Assembly: GCA_902618385.1 (NCBI GenBank)
Contig: CACNAF010000003.1
Coordinates: 6,852 to 70,851, forward strand
Source of the DNA: an uncultured Alphaproteobacteria bacterium
Lineage (GTDB): Bacteria; Pseudomonadota; Alphaproteobacteria; HIMB59; GCA-002718135
Reading direction: 5' to 3'
DNA: 64,000 nucleotides
The stretch's first letter is position 1. Each line of letters starts with the position of its first letter. The position numbers and the translations under genes were made by a program. Under the pieces are notes generated by a model. The model was not told where the DNA came from. It saw only the letters and a list, made by a program, of their open reading frames with translations, and did no database searches. Positions 25,192 through 35,423 of the stretch are shown here, piece by piece.

Positions 25192-26095
25192 AATAACTTA
25201 TGATTCAGCTCTGGTCATTGGTATGGGATTAATTGGATCATCCATAGTTAGGGCAATCAAGGAAAAACAAATATCAAAAAAAATTTTTGCTATTGATAGA
25301 GATAGTGAGGTAATAAATATTTCAAAAAATTTAAATCTTGTGGATGCAATAGAGAGTGATTTAAATAAATATAATCAACAATTTGATATTATTTTTATTT
25401 GTACGCCTTTGAGCTCATATAGGGATATATTTAAGCAATTGAATAGCTATGTTAATAAAACAACACTAGTAACAGATGTTGGTTCAACAAAAGTAAGTGT
25501 TATAGAAGATTTTAAAGAATCAATTAATAATAAAAAAATTTTATTTGTTCCTGCTCACCCTATTGCAGGATTAGAGAAAAGCGGACCAGAATTTGGTTTC
25601 GCAAAGCTGTTTGAAAATAGGTATTGTATTTTGACCCCAATAGAAACTCAGAGTGAGATAACAAGATCAATTTCAGATATTTGGGAGTCATTTGGAATGA
25701 ATATAGAAATCATGGAACCTAAACGTCATGACAGAGTACTAGCTATGACATCTCATATTCCACAACTCATTGCATATTCTGTCGTAGGAACTGCAACAGA
25801 GCTTGAATCTCAAATGAAAGATGAAGTAATTAAGTATTCAGCTGCAGGTTTTAGAGATTTCACAAGATTGGCAGGTAGTGATCCAGTAATGTGGCGTGAT
25901 GTTTATGAAAAAAATAAAGAAGCCGTTTTAGAAATGCTTGGTCGTTTCAGTGAAGATCTACTTACTTATCAAAAAGCAATAAGAAATAATGATTTAAAAT
26001 ATTTGGAAGAAAAATTTATAAAATCAAAAGAAATTAGAAAAATTATTGAAGAGATTGGTCAAGCAGGAACTTTTGATCCAACAGAAAAAAATTAG
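25184..26095 (+). CDS. tyrC: Cyclohexadienyl (prephenate/arogenate) dehydrogenase
   Basis: GMGLIGSS, TDVGSTK, HPIAG.E.SG, HD..LA.TSH.P, GFRDFTR.A.SDP.MW. Confidence 0.92.
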   Translation: MSKITYDSALVIGMGLIGSSIVRAIKEKQISKKIFAIDRDSEVINISKNLNLVDAIESDLNKYNQQFDIIFICTPLSSYRDIFKQLNSYVNKTTLVTDVGSTKVSVIEDFKESINNKKILFVPAHPIAGLEKSGPEFGFAKLFENRYCILTPIETQSEITRSISDIWESFGMNIEIMEPKRHDRVLAMTSHIPQLIAYSVVGTATELESQMKDEVIKYSAAGFRDFTRLAGSDPVMWRDVYEKNKEAVLEMLGRFSEDLLTYQKAIRNNDLKYLEEKFIKSKEIRKIIEEIGQAGTFDPTEKN

Positions 26096-26799
26096 TTATC
26101 CAATAATAAATTTGACGCAGTTTCTATTCTATTTTGAACTTCGTTTAATAATATTTTTTTATCTAAACCTTCATCAATCGTCGGTAAAAATTTTATAGTA
26201 ATTAATCCTTTTTCTAGTACCCATGATTGTTTTGGCCAACATAAACCTGAATTTAAAGCTACAGGAAGGATTTTTCTTTTCGTATGATTATAAATTCCAA
26301 TAAAACCTGTCTTATAATCAGGTTTGCTCCCAGGCAGCTTTCTTGTTCCCTCGGGGAAAATAATAATTGAAGATCCAAAAGATAATTTTGATTGAACTTT
26401 TTGTAACATATCTCTCATAGCTTTTGTTCCACCATCTCTATTAATTGCAACCATATTAGACTTGAATAAATATTGTCCAAAAATTGGTATAAAGAAAAGC
26501 TCTCTTTTATGGATAAAGAAACAATCTTTTAAATAGTAATAGAGTGCAAGTGTCTCAAATGCGGACTGATGTTTAGACGTAATTAAGACACTTTCATTTG
26601 GAATATTTTCTAAACCCTCAATTTTATGTTTAATATTACATATAAGATTAAGAAGAACAAAAATAATACGTATCCAAAGTTTTGTTGGATATTTAAGTAA
26701 ATAACTTGGTAATAAGAGAAAAGGTAAACATACAATACCCATCAACACAGTCCAGATAACCAAGGAAATATAAAATATTATACTTTTTAAAATTAACAT
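26092..26799 (-). CDS. plsC: 1-acyl-sn-glycerol-3-phosphate acyltransferase family
   Basis: KHQSAFET, FPEGTR, PVALNSG. Confidence 0.85.
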   Translation of the reverse strand: MLILKSIIFYISLVIWTVLMGIVCLPFLLLPSYLLKYPTKLWIRIIFVLLNLICNIKHKIEGLENIPNESVLITSKHQSAFETLALYYYLKDCFFIHKRELFFIPIFGQYLFKSNMVAINRDGGTKAMRDMLQKVQSKLSFGSSIIIFPEGTRKLPGSKPDYKTGFIGIYNHTKRKILPVALNSGLCWPKQSWVLEKGLITIKFLPTIDEGLDKKILLNEVQNRIETASNLLLDN

Positions 26800-26849
26800 A
26801 CTTAATGATTTTGTTTTATATACTAGCCTGACTGATCTATATATAATTT

Positions 26850-27293
26850 ATGTTCATTGTTTGCTCTAATTGTGAATTCAAGTATTTAGTAAATTCTGCA
26901 GATCTTAAACCAAATGGTAGAATGGTTGAATGCGCAAATTGTAATCATCAATGGTTTCAAGAATTAGATGATACCGACATTACATCATCAGTCCCATCTA
27001 CAAAAAAAGAAGAATTAGATCAAAATATAAAAAATAATAACCAAAAAGAAAAATTAGAAAAAGATCCAGTCAGAAATTTACCAAGTACAGTTGTAAGACA
27101 AGAAAAACCAAGTGTTATTAATTCAACGATAGTAATTGCTCTAGCTATAGTTGTAATTTTAGCAATATGGATTTATCGATCCTACGGTGTAAATACTTTT
27201 ATTATTATTGATTTCTATATTAGGGAATTTTTCTTTAATTTAAATTTGATAATTTCAGACTTAGCTAAAATTATACACAATACTTTAAATTAG
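26850..27293 (+). CDS. MJ0042-type zinc-ribbon membrane protein (ZitP-like N-terminus)
   Basis: CSNC...Y.V......GR.VECANCNHQW followed by a linker and one TM helix. Confidence 0.8.
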   Translation: MFIVCSNCEFKYLVNSADLKPNGRMVECANCNHQWFQELDDTDITSSVPSTKKEELDQNIKNNNQKEKLEKDPVRNLPSTVVRQEKPSVINSTIVIALAIVVILAIWIYRSYGVNTFIIIDFYIREFFFNLNLIISDLAKIIHNTLN

Positions 27294-28535
27294 TTACAAC
27301 CAGCTAGGAATAATATCAGCTTCAATTGTTTTCTCAATTTTCTCTGGAGAATAAATAATTGCATAATTATCATTGTGTACTAAAATTTCAGAGGGCAGTG
27401 GTCTACCGTTATAATTTGAAGACATTACTTTTCCATAGGCTCCTGTATTTTTTATAACCAGTAGATTGCCAATTTTTTGTTTAGCCAATTTAATATTTTT
27501 TAAAAAAACATCTGAACTTTCACAAATAGGACCAGCAATAGCATATTCCATAAATTCCTCTGAGTTTACATTTATCGCTGATATTTCATGATGTGCACCA
27601 TACATCGCTGGACGTATCAATGTATTCATACCAGCATCAACAATTAAATAATTTATACCTCCATTATTCTTAATTGTAAGAATAGAGGTAACTGTAACTC
27701 CAGCCTCAGCAATTAAATACCTACCAGGCTCAAACGATAATTCATAGTTTGTTTGCGTAAAACAATTATCAAGTTCTTCTTTTACCATCTCAATATTAAA
27801 ATCAGGATCAGATTCTTCATATTTAACATGAAAACCTCCACCCAAATCTACATGCTTGATATTAATACCTGATTCAATAAACTTATTTGCAGCCATTTTC
27901 ATTTGAGAAAACGTATTTTTATATGCCTCAATTTTACTAATTTGACTTCCAATATGACAACTAATACCAATTAAATTTAAATTTTTACAACTTTTAACTA
28001 ATTTGATAATTTTATCTAAATTTTCAAATTCAATACCAAACTTATCAGTTTTTTTTCCTGTTGAAATTTTACTTAAAGTCTCACCATCAACATCTGGATT
28101 AAGTCTAACACCAATATCAACGTTTTTATTTTTTTCATTTGCTAAATTATCGAGTAGTTTTATTTCTTCTAAAGATTCAGTATTAATTAAACGTATATTT
28201 TTATGCATAGCATAGAGTAAGTCTTGTTCAGATTTTCCAACACCTTCAAAAATTATTTTTTTTGGATCGAAACCAGCTTCCAATGCCCTTTTTAATTCAC
28301 CAACTGACACTACATCTGCTCCAATATCTAACGAGTTCATTAATTTCAAAATAGCTTGATTTGAATTAGATTTAATTGAATAAAAAATGTTGTTACCTAA
28401 AATTTCTTTAGTTTTATTTACTTGATTTATAATTTTTTGTTGTGAATACACATAAAAAGGTGTCTGACAAACTTTAACTAAGTCATATAAAGAAGTACCC
28501 TCAATATACGGTTCATTATTTTTATAAGTGAGCAT
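27294..28535 (-). CDS. lysA: Diaminopimelate decarboxylase
   Basis: YSIKSN PLP Lys, HIGSQI, DLGGG, EPGR, GPICESSD, GAYG..MSSNYN. Confidence 0.95.
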   Translation of the reverse strand: MLTYKNNEPYIEGTSLYDLVKVCQTPFYVYSQQKIINQVNKTKEILGNNIFYSIKSNSNQAILKLMNSLDIGADVVSVGELKRALEAGFDPKKIIFEGVGKSEQDLLYAMHKNIRLINTESLEEIKLLDNLANEKNKNVDIGVRLNPDVDGETLSKISTGKKTDKFGIEFENLDKIIKLVKSCKNLNLIGISCHIGSQISKIEAYKNTFSQMKMAANKFIESGINIKHVDLGGGFHVKYEESDPDFNIEMVKEELDNCFTQTNYELSFEPGRYLIAEAGVTVTSILTIKNNGGINYLIVDAGMNTLIRPAMYGAHHEISAINVNSEEFMEYAIAGPICESSDVFLKNIKLAKQKIGNLLVIKNTGAYGKVMSSNYNGRPLPSEILVHNDNYAIIYSPEKIEKTIEADIIPSWL

Positions 28536-28724
28536 TTATTCAGTATTTATAATAACGGATTGTTGACGTTTTTTCTCTTCTTCTAATTTCTCTAAACATG
28601 CCTCATCACATGGATATGTAATTACGGATTTGTCTACTTGATCTTCTGGCAAACTTAAAGGACCAACTTTACCACAGCTAAAAGTAAACAATAAAAATGA
28701 TAATAATATTAATCTGATCATCAT
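28536..28724 (-). CDS. Small lipoprotein (LppL/LptM-like)
   Basis: Lipobox TFSC followed by G.KVGPL.LP; located between argH and lysA. Confidence 0.75.
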   Translation of the reverse strand: MMIRLILLSFLLFTFSCGKVGPLSLPEDQVDKSVITYPCDEACLEKLEEEKKRQQSVIINTE

Positions 28725-30103
28725 AAGTATTTTTTTATAACAAGTTTTATCATTTTTTTAGTAATTTCAGGAGCCGTACCCCCAAAACTTGATTTTGATT
28801 TAACACTGTTAGTAGCTGATAGCACTTTTTTTGCGTCAGCTGTTATATTTTTGTCAAATTTTTTTAATTCTCCAAGAGATAATGAATCTATGTTTCTATC
28901 TTGTTTTGAACAATAAGAAACAATCTTTCCTGTAACAACATAAGCATCTCTAAATGAATATTTAAGATTTTGAGCCAACCAATTAGCCAAATCGGTAGCG
29001 GTTGCATTTGAATTATCAATCAACTCTTTCATTCTAGTTTTGTTGAATGTAGATTTTGATAATATTTCATTCATAACTTTTATACATAAAGAAACATTGT
29101 CGTATGAATTAAATGTTATTTGTTTATCGTCTTGTAAGTCTTTACTATAAGAAAGCGGTAACCCTTTAATAACATTAAGCATTGTGCTTAAATTGCTAAT
29201 GATAATACTTGTTTTTCCTCTAACAAGCTCTGCACCATCTGGATTTTTTTTCTGAGGCATAATTGAACTACCAGTTGAAAGATCATCTGGTAAATTGATA
29301 AAATTAAATTGTTGATTTGACCAAAGTACTATTTCCTCTGCTATTTTTGATAAATGAACAGCAATTAGTGATAGAACAAATAAAAATTCTATTACAAAGT
29401 CTCTATCTGAGACAGTGTCCATAGCATTTTTTGTTGGCTCTCTAAATCCCAACTTTTTAGTTGTATATTTTCTATCAATAGGAAAAGAAGTCCCTGCAAG
29501 TGCAGCTGCGCCTAATGGGTTTTCATTAAGACGATATAAACAATCTTCAAGTCTTGTTCTGTCTCTACCAATCATTTCAACGTAAGCTAAAACATGATGA
29601 GCCAATGTTATTGGTTGAGCAATCTGTAAATGAGTGTAACCTGGCATAATTGTTTCAGTATTTTTTGTTGCAATATTAATTAAAGTTCTCTGAAATTTTT
29701 TTAGTTCACTATCTAAAATTTTAGATTCTTTTTTAACCCATAATTTTAAATCAGTTACTACCTGATCATTTCTAGATCTTGCAGTATGAAGCTTTCCTGC
29801 AATTTTACCAATTTTCTTAAATAATAAACTTTCAATGTTCATATGAATATCTTCAAGTTTTTTTGAAAATACGACCTTGTTTTTTTCAATATCTCTTTCA
29901 ATTGCTTTAAGTCCAGAGACTATTGCACTTTGTTCTTTTTTATTTATAATTTTTTGTTTACCTAGCATTCTAGCATGCGCTATTGACCCAGTTATATCTT
30001 CTTTATACAGACGTTGATCGATATCTATAGACGAATTAATTGCATCTAAAATCTCACTAGGTCCTTTTGAAAAATGGACATTTCTTGAAGGATTTTTTTT
30101 CAT
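28721..30103 (-). CDS. argH: Argininosuccinate lyase
   Basis: EDIHMNIE, HTARSRNDQ, GSSIMPQKKNPD. Confidence 0.97.
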   Translation of the reverse strand: MKKNPSRNVHFSKGPSEILDAINSSIDIDQRLYKEDITGSIAHARMLGKQKIINKKEQSAIVSGLKAIERDIEKNKVVFSKKLEDIHMNIESLLFKKIGKIAGKLHTARSRNDQVVTDLKLWVKKESKILDSELKKFQRTLINIATKNTETIMPGYTHLQIAQPITLAHHVLAYVEMIGRDRTRLEDCLYRLNENPLGAAALAGTSFPIDRKYTTKKLGFREPTKNAMDTVSDRDFVIEFLFVLSLIAVHLSKIAEEIVLWSNQQFNFINLPDDLSTGSSIMPQKKNPDGAELVRGKTSIIISNLSTMLNVIKGLPLSYSKDLQDDKQITFNSYDNVSLCIKVMNEILSKSTFNKTRMKELIDNSNATATDLANWLAQNLKYSFRDAYVVTGKIVSYCSKQDRNIDSLSLGELKKFDKNITADAKKVLSATNSVKSKSSFGGTAPEITKKMIKLVIKKYL

Positions 30104-30207
30104 TTTGCGCGCCTATAAGAGATATTTATATTAATTTCCACTCTTATGCTTAAATTATTTTCATACAGCAAATTTTTCTTATATAAGCTCACCTTTATAG
30201 AACTCAC

Positions 30208-32442
30208 ATGAATATTAAAAAAGTAGTAGTAATAGGATCTGGCACTATGGGCAGTGGAATCGCAGCCCAAATAGCAAATGCTAATATTGATGTTACACTT
30301 CTAGACTTACCTTCAAAAGAAGGATCTAGAAACCAAATTACAGAAAACGCTAAAGAAAGAATTATAAAATCAAGACCTCCACTTTTAGTAGAAAAAAACA
30401 AAGCAGAATTAATTAAGGTTGGAAATATTGAGGATGACTTTAATGAAGTTGCAGAAGCTGATTGGGTTGTGGAGGCTGTTGTTGAGAGAATAGATATTAA
30501 ACATAACATTTATGATAAAATTCAAACTACAAGAAAGAACAATTCTATAATTTCATCTAATACATCTACAATTCCATTGAAAATCTTATCTGCAAATATG
30601 TCAGATGAAATGAAAAAAAATTTTTGCATTACCCATTTTTTTAACCCAGTTCGATATATGGCATTGCTCGAGATAGTAACTGAAGAAGTTAATGATATTG
30701 AAAAAATAAATTTATTAAAACAATTTTGTGATGAAAAACTTGGTAAAGGTGTCATTATTTGTAACGACACTCCAGGATTTATTGGAAACAGAATTGGAGT
30801 TTATGCAATGCAAGTTGCTATGACTGAAGCTTTTAAAATGAAGATATCAATTGAAGAAGCTGATGCAGTATTTGGAAGACCAATGGGTATCCCGAAGACT
30901 GGAATTTTTGGGCTATACGATTTAATTGGTATCGATTTGATGGCTGATGTTTTAAAAAGTTTTATCAAAGAACTCCCAAAAGAAGATCCTTTCCACGAGG
31001 TTGCACAAGAAATTCCATTGATCACAAAACTTATTGAAACTGGGTATACAGGAAGAAAAGGTAAGGGTGGTTTTTATAGAATGAATAAATCTGATGGTAA
31101 AAAAATTCTTGAAGCAATTAATTTAAAAACTGGCGAGTATCACCCAAGTCAGAAAATTAATTTAGGTATCGGAGATAAAATTGACATAAATAAACTCATT
31201 CAAAGAAAAGACAAATATGGTGAATATGCAAAATCAATTCTGACAAAAGTAATTAGGTATGCTGCATATTTAATCCCTGATGTATCATCAAAATATATAG
31301 ACATAGATGATGCACTAAGATTAGGTTTTAATTGGACTGTTGGCCCTTTTGAAATGCTTTCAAATATTGATACAAAAAATTTTATTGATCAAAATACTGA
31401 TATTAACTTCTTTAAAGATCTAAAGGGAGTTTTTGAATTTAAAAAAAGACCAGGATATTTAGAATCAAGTATTGATAATTTAAGATCTTTAAATTTACAA
31501 AAAACTTTTGAGAACCCTTCTGCTAATATTAAAAATGCTTCATCATATCAGGTTGTTGAATTTACTACTAAGGCAAACGCTTTAGATACTGACTCTATGT
31601 TAGCTTTAAAAGAAGCTGCTCAAAATAATAAAAGCACAATTGTGATTAATGATGCAATGCAATTTTCTGCTGGTGTAAATTTAAATTATGTCATGGAATT
31701 TGCTAAAAATAATGAATGGTCTAAAATTGAAAAATTTATAATTGATTTCCAACAAACGTGTAAAACAATAAAATATGCAGATAAGCCTTTTATTGCTGCG
31801 CCATCAGGACTTGCTATTGGCGGTGGTTTTGAAGTGGTATTGCATTGTGATTATAACGTTGCTCATACAAATGTTGTTCTTGGACTAGTTGAATCTTTAG
31901 TTGGACTCATTCCTGCTGGTGGGGGTTGTAAGGAAATGCTGTGGCGTTGGTTACAAACTCCAGAAGGTAAAGAAAATTCTGAACATGCTTCTATGAAAGT
32001 TTTTGATCTTATTGGTTATGCTATTACTGCTACCTCACCAAATGAAGCGCTGCCAAATCAATTCTTTTTAGAAAAGGATAAGGTGGTAATAAATAGAGAC
32101 AGACAATTATCAACAGCTATCGATTTATTAAATAATATTGAGGGAGATTATGAAAAACCATCTCAACCTAAATTCAATTTAGGCGGTAGTGCTGTCAGAG
32201 ATAAAATGTTTGAAAAACTTGAAGCACTATATAATGAAAATAAAATCTTAGACCACGGGTTAGAAGTAGGTAAGCAAATTGCTTTTGTACTTAGTGGTGG
32301 AAATACAAATATTGATAATGAATTAAGTGAAGATGATCTTTATAATCTTGAATTGGAAGCTTTCATGAGACTTATCCAGATGCCTAAAACTCAAGAGCGA
32401 ATAAAACATACACTTGAAACTGGAAAACCATTAGTAAATTAA
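30208..32442 (+). CDS. 3-hydroxyacyl-CoA dehydrogenase / enoyl-CoA hydratase fusion (FadN-like, dehydrogenase domain first)
   Basis: GSGTMGSG, EAVVE, SSNTST, HFFNP, PGFIGNR; C-terminal crotonase FSAGVNL, GGGFE, VGLIPAGGG. Confidence 0.88.
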   Translation: MNIKKVVVIGSGTMGSGIAAQIANANIDVTLLDLPSKEGSRNQITENAKERIIKSRPPLLVEKNKAELIKVGNIEDDFNEVAEADWVVEAVVERIDIKHNIYDKIQTTRKNNSIISSNTSTIPLKILSANMSDEMKKNFCITHFFNPVRYMALLEIVTEEVNDIEKINLLKQFCDEKLGKGVIICNDTPGFIGNRIGVYAMQVAMTEAFKMKISIEEADAVFGRPMGIPKTGIFGLYDLIGIDLMADVLKSFIKELPKEDPFHEVAQEIPLITKLIETGYTGRKGKGGFYRMNKSDGKKILEAINLKTGEYHPSQKINLGIGDKIDINKLIQRKDKYGEYAKSILTKVIRYAAYLIPDVSSKYIDIDDALRLGFNWTVGPFEMLSNIDTKNFIDQNTDINFFKDLKGVFEFKKRPGYLESSIDNLRSLNLQKTFENPSANIKNASSYQVVEFTTKANALDTDSMLALKEAAQNNKSTIVINDAMQFSAGVNLNYVMEFAKNNEWSKIEKFIIDFQQTCKTIKYADKPFIAAPSGLAIGGGFEVVLHCDYNVAHTNVVLGLVESLVGLIPAGGGCKEMLWRWLQTPEGKENSEHASMKVFDLIGYAITATSPNEALPNQFFLEKDKVVINRDRQLSTAIDLLNNIEGDYEKPSQPKFNLGGSAVRDKMFEKLEALYNENKILDHGLEVGKQIAFVLSGGNTNIDNELSEDDLYNLELEAFMRLIQMPKTQERIKHTLETGKPLVN

Positions 32443-32480
32443 ATTAATTTCTTGTAGTATTTGATCCTTTTAGGAAACAG

Positions 32481-34112
32481 ATGAGTAATTTTGATACAAA
32501 CCTAGATAAAAATTCAGCCAATTTTGTTCCACTATCACCATTAAGTTTTATAACTCGCGTGAAAGATATTTATCCAAACTATGACTCTTTAGTTTATGGA
32601 AAAAGAAGTTACACTTGGCTTGAAACCTATAATCGATGTACCAAGTTTGCTAGTGCATTAGCAAAAAAAGGAATTACAAAAGGAAGTACCGTTTCAATCA
32701 TAGCGGCAAATACTCCAGAATTATTCGAAGCACATTATTCTATCCCAATGACTGGTGGCGTTATTAATACGATCAATACTAGACTTGATGCAGATACAAT
32801 TGCGTATATTCTAGATCATAGTGATGCAAAACTTCTTATAACTGATACTCAATTTTCACCTACAATGAAAAAGGCTTTAAAAATATATGGGAAGAATATT
32901 CCTATTATTGACATTCATGATGATCAGGCAGTTTTTAAAGATGGTGAGGGTGAAAAAATTGGAGAAATGACATATGAAGAATTTTTACAAACAGGTGATG
33001 ATAATTATAATTGGTCTTTACCTAAAGATGAATGGCAAGCAATCTCACTAAGCTATACATCAGGTACAACTGGTAAACCAAAAGGCGTTGTGTATCACCA
33101 CCGTGGATCATATTTAATGTCAACAGGAAGTGTTACGGCATGGAACATGCCTAATAAATTAACATTTCTTTATACCGTTCCAATGTTCCACTGTAACGGA
33201 TGGGGGTATCCTTGGACAGCTGCTTTAATACATGCAAAGATTATTTGCTGCAGATACATTGTTGCAAAAGATATTTATAACTTAATAGATAAATATAAAG
33301 TAACTCATTTTGGAGGTGCTCCTATAGTTTTAAGTTTAATTGCTAACGCAGATGAGAAAGATAAAAAAGAAATAAATCATAAAGTATACGTATTAACTGC
33401 TGGGGCTCCACCAACGAGTGCAATACTTGAAAAGATGGATAACTTAGGTTTTGAAGTTATGCACGTATATGGATTAACTGAAACATACGGTCATATTCTT
33501 CAGTGTGCTTGGAATGAAGAATGGGAATCACAATCAAAATCTGAAAAAGCTGATATTAAAGCAAGACAAGGTGTTCGTTATCCAAACACTGAAGAAGTTT
33601 GTGTAGCAGATCCAGAGACTTATGAAAAAGTTCCAATGGATGGAGAAACCATGGGAGAGATTTTAATTCGAGGAAATGTTGTAATGAAAGGATATTACAA
33701 AAATAAAGAGGCAACTGAAACATCTATGAAAAAAGGATGGTTTCACTCTGGTGATTTAGCTGTAGTCTATCCTGATGGATATATTCAAATAAAAGATAGG
33801 TCGAAAGATATCATAATTTCTGGAGGAGAAAATATTTCATCTGTGGAAGTGGAAAATGTTGTTGCTAAACACCCAGCTGTTTCCTTGGTTGCAGTAGTTG
33901 CCAAGCCAGATGATAAGTGGGGTGAAACACCATGTGCTTTTGTAGAACTAGCTCCTGGAAAAAATGCCACAGAAGATGATATAATTCAGTTTTGCAAAGA
34001 AAATATGGCTGGATTTAAAAGACCAAAGCATGTAATCTTTGGTGAATTACCAAAAACATCAACTGGGAAGATACAAAAGTTTGAATTAAGAACAAAAGCA
34101 AAGGAGTTATAA
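32481..34112 (+). CDS. Short/medium-chain acyl-CoA synthetase (AMP-forming)
   Basis: YTSGTTGKPKG, YGLTE, GWFHSGD, DRSKDIIISGGENI, LPKTSTGKIQK. Confidence 0.9.
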   Translation: MSNFDTNLDKNSANFVPLSPLSFITRVKDIYPNYDSLVYGKRSYTWLETYNRCTKFASALAKKGITKGSTVSIIAANTPELFEAHYSIPMTGGVINTINTRLDADTIAYILDHSDAKLLITDTQFSPTMKKALKIYGKNIPIIDIHDDQAVFKDGEGEKIGEMTYEEFLQTGDDNYNWSLPKDEWQAISLSYTSGTTGKPKGVVYHHRGSYLMSTGSVTAWNMPNKLTFLYTVPMFHCNGWGYPWTAALIHAKIICCRYIVAKDIYNLIDKYKVTHFGGAPIVLSLIANADEKDKKEINHKVYVLTAGAPPTSAILEKMDNLGFEVMHVYGLTETYGHILQCAWNEEWESQSKSEKADIKARQGVRYPNTEEVCVADPETYEKVPMDGETMGEILIRGNVVMKGYYKNKEATETSMKKGWFHSGDLAVVYPDGYIQIKDRSKDIIISGGENISSVEVENVVAKHPAVSLVAVVAKPDDKWGETPCAFVELAPGKNATEDDIIQFCKENMAGFKRPKHVIFGELPKTSTGKIQKFELRTKAKEL

Positions 34113-35423
34113 ATGGATCCAAAAACTTATAAATTTGACACACTAAGTCTACACGCTGGTTATCAACCAAGTAAAAACGCTGGCTCAAGGCAAGTACCAA
34201 TTTATCAAACAACTTCATATATGTTTGATGATGTTGATCATGCGGCAGCACTTTTTAATTTAGAAAGAGGTGGTCATATTTATAGTCGTATGTCCAACCC
34301 AACAGTACAAGTCCTTGAAGAAAGAGTTTGTGCACTTGAAGGAGGAACAGCTGCTCTTGCAACTGCATCTGGAATGAGCGCAATATTTTTAACTATTATG
34401 ACCCTTTGTAACGCCGGTGATCACATGGTTGTTTCTTCTCAGCTTTACGGTGGAACTGTAAATTTATTTAGATTAACGCTTCCTAAGTTTGGTATTAAAA
34501 CAACTTTCGTAAAACCAAGAGATACAGAAGGTTTTAAAAAAGCAATTCAACCAAATACTAAAGGTATTTTTGGTGAGCTTGTTGGTAACCCTGGTAATGA
34601 ATTGATGAATATGCCTGAAGTTTCAAACATAGCAAAAGAAGCTGGTATCCCACTAATTATTGATAGTACTTATCAAACTCCTTATTTGTGCAGACCTTTT
34701 GAACATGGAGCTGACCTTGTTGTACACTCACTAACTAAATGGATGAGTGGTAATGGTTCTTCTATGGCAGGAATATTAGTTGAAGGTGGAACTTTTGATT
34801 GGATGCAAAATGATAAATTTCCTTCTATGACAGAACCGTACGAAGGCTATCATGGATTATCATTTGCAGAAGAATTTGGCCCAACAGCTTTTACAATGAT
34901 GGCAAGAGCTGAAGGTATGAGAGATATGGGGCCATGTTTAGCACCACAAAATGCATGGAATATTTTACATGGTTTAGAAACCCTTTCTCTTCGAATGGAA
35001 AAACATTGTTCTAATGCTTTGAAAATGGTTGAGTATTTATCAAATCATGAAAGTGTTGCTTGGGTTTCTCATGCTAGTGCACCAGGACATCCAGACAAAG
35101 AACTAGCAGAAAAAATTCTACCTAAGGGAACGGGGTCAATGATCGCCTTTGGAATTAAAGGTGGTAAGGAGGCTGGAGCTGCATTTATTAACAATGTTAA
35201 ACTTGCATCTCATTTAGCAAATGTAGGTGACGCGAGAACACTAGTTATACATCCAGCATCTGCAACGCACTCACAAATGGATGAGGCAACTTTAAAATTT
35301 GCTGGACTATCTCATGATATGATTAGATTGTCTGTTGGCCTAGAAGACTTTGAAGATATCGTAAACGATTTCGAAGATGGATTTAGAGCTGCAAAAAAAC
35401 CTCGTTTAGTTGCAAACAAATAA
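34113..35423 (+). CDS. metY: O-acetylhomoserine aminocarboxypropyltransferase (sulfhydrylase)
   Basis: PIYQTTSY, YSRMSNPT, HSLTKW PLP Lys, ANVGDARTLVIHPASATH, RLSVGLE. Confidence 0.88.
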   Translation: MDPKTYKFDTLSLHAGYQPSKNAGSRQVPIYQTTSYMFDDVDHAAALFNLERGGHIYSRMSNPTVQVLEERVCALEGGTAALATASGMSAIFLTIMTLCNAGDHMVVSSQLYGGTVNLFRLTLPKFGIKTTFVKPRDTEGFKKAIQPNTKGIFGELVGNPGNELMNMPEVSNIAKEAGIPLIIDSTYQTPYLCRPFEHGADLVVHSLTKWMSGNGSSMAGILVEGGTFDWMQNDKFPSMTEPYEGYHGLSFAEEFGPTAFTMMARAEGMRDMGPCLAPQNAWNILHGLETLSLRMEKHCSNALKMVEYLSNHESVAWVSHASAPGHPDKELAEKILPKGTGSMIAFGIKGGKEAGAAFINNVKLASHLANVGDARTLVIHPASATHSQMDEATLKFAGLSHDMIRLSVGLEDFEDIVNDFEDGFRAAKKPRLVANK

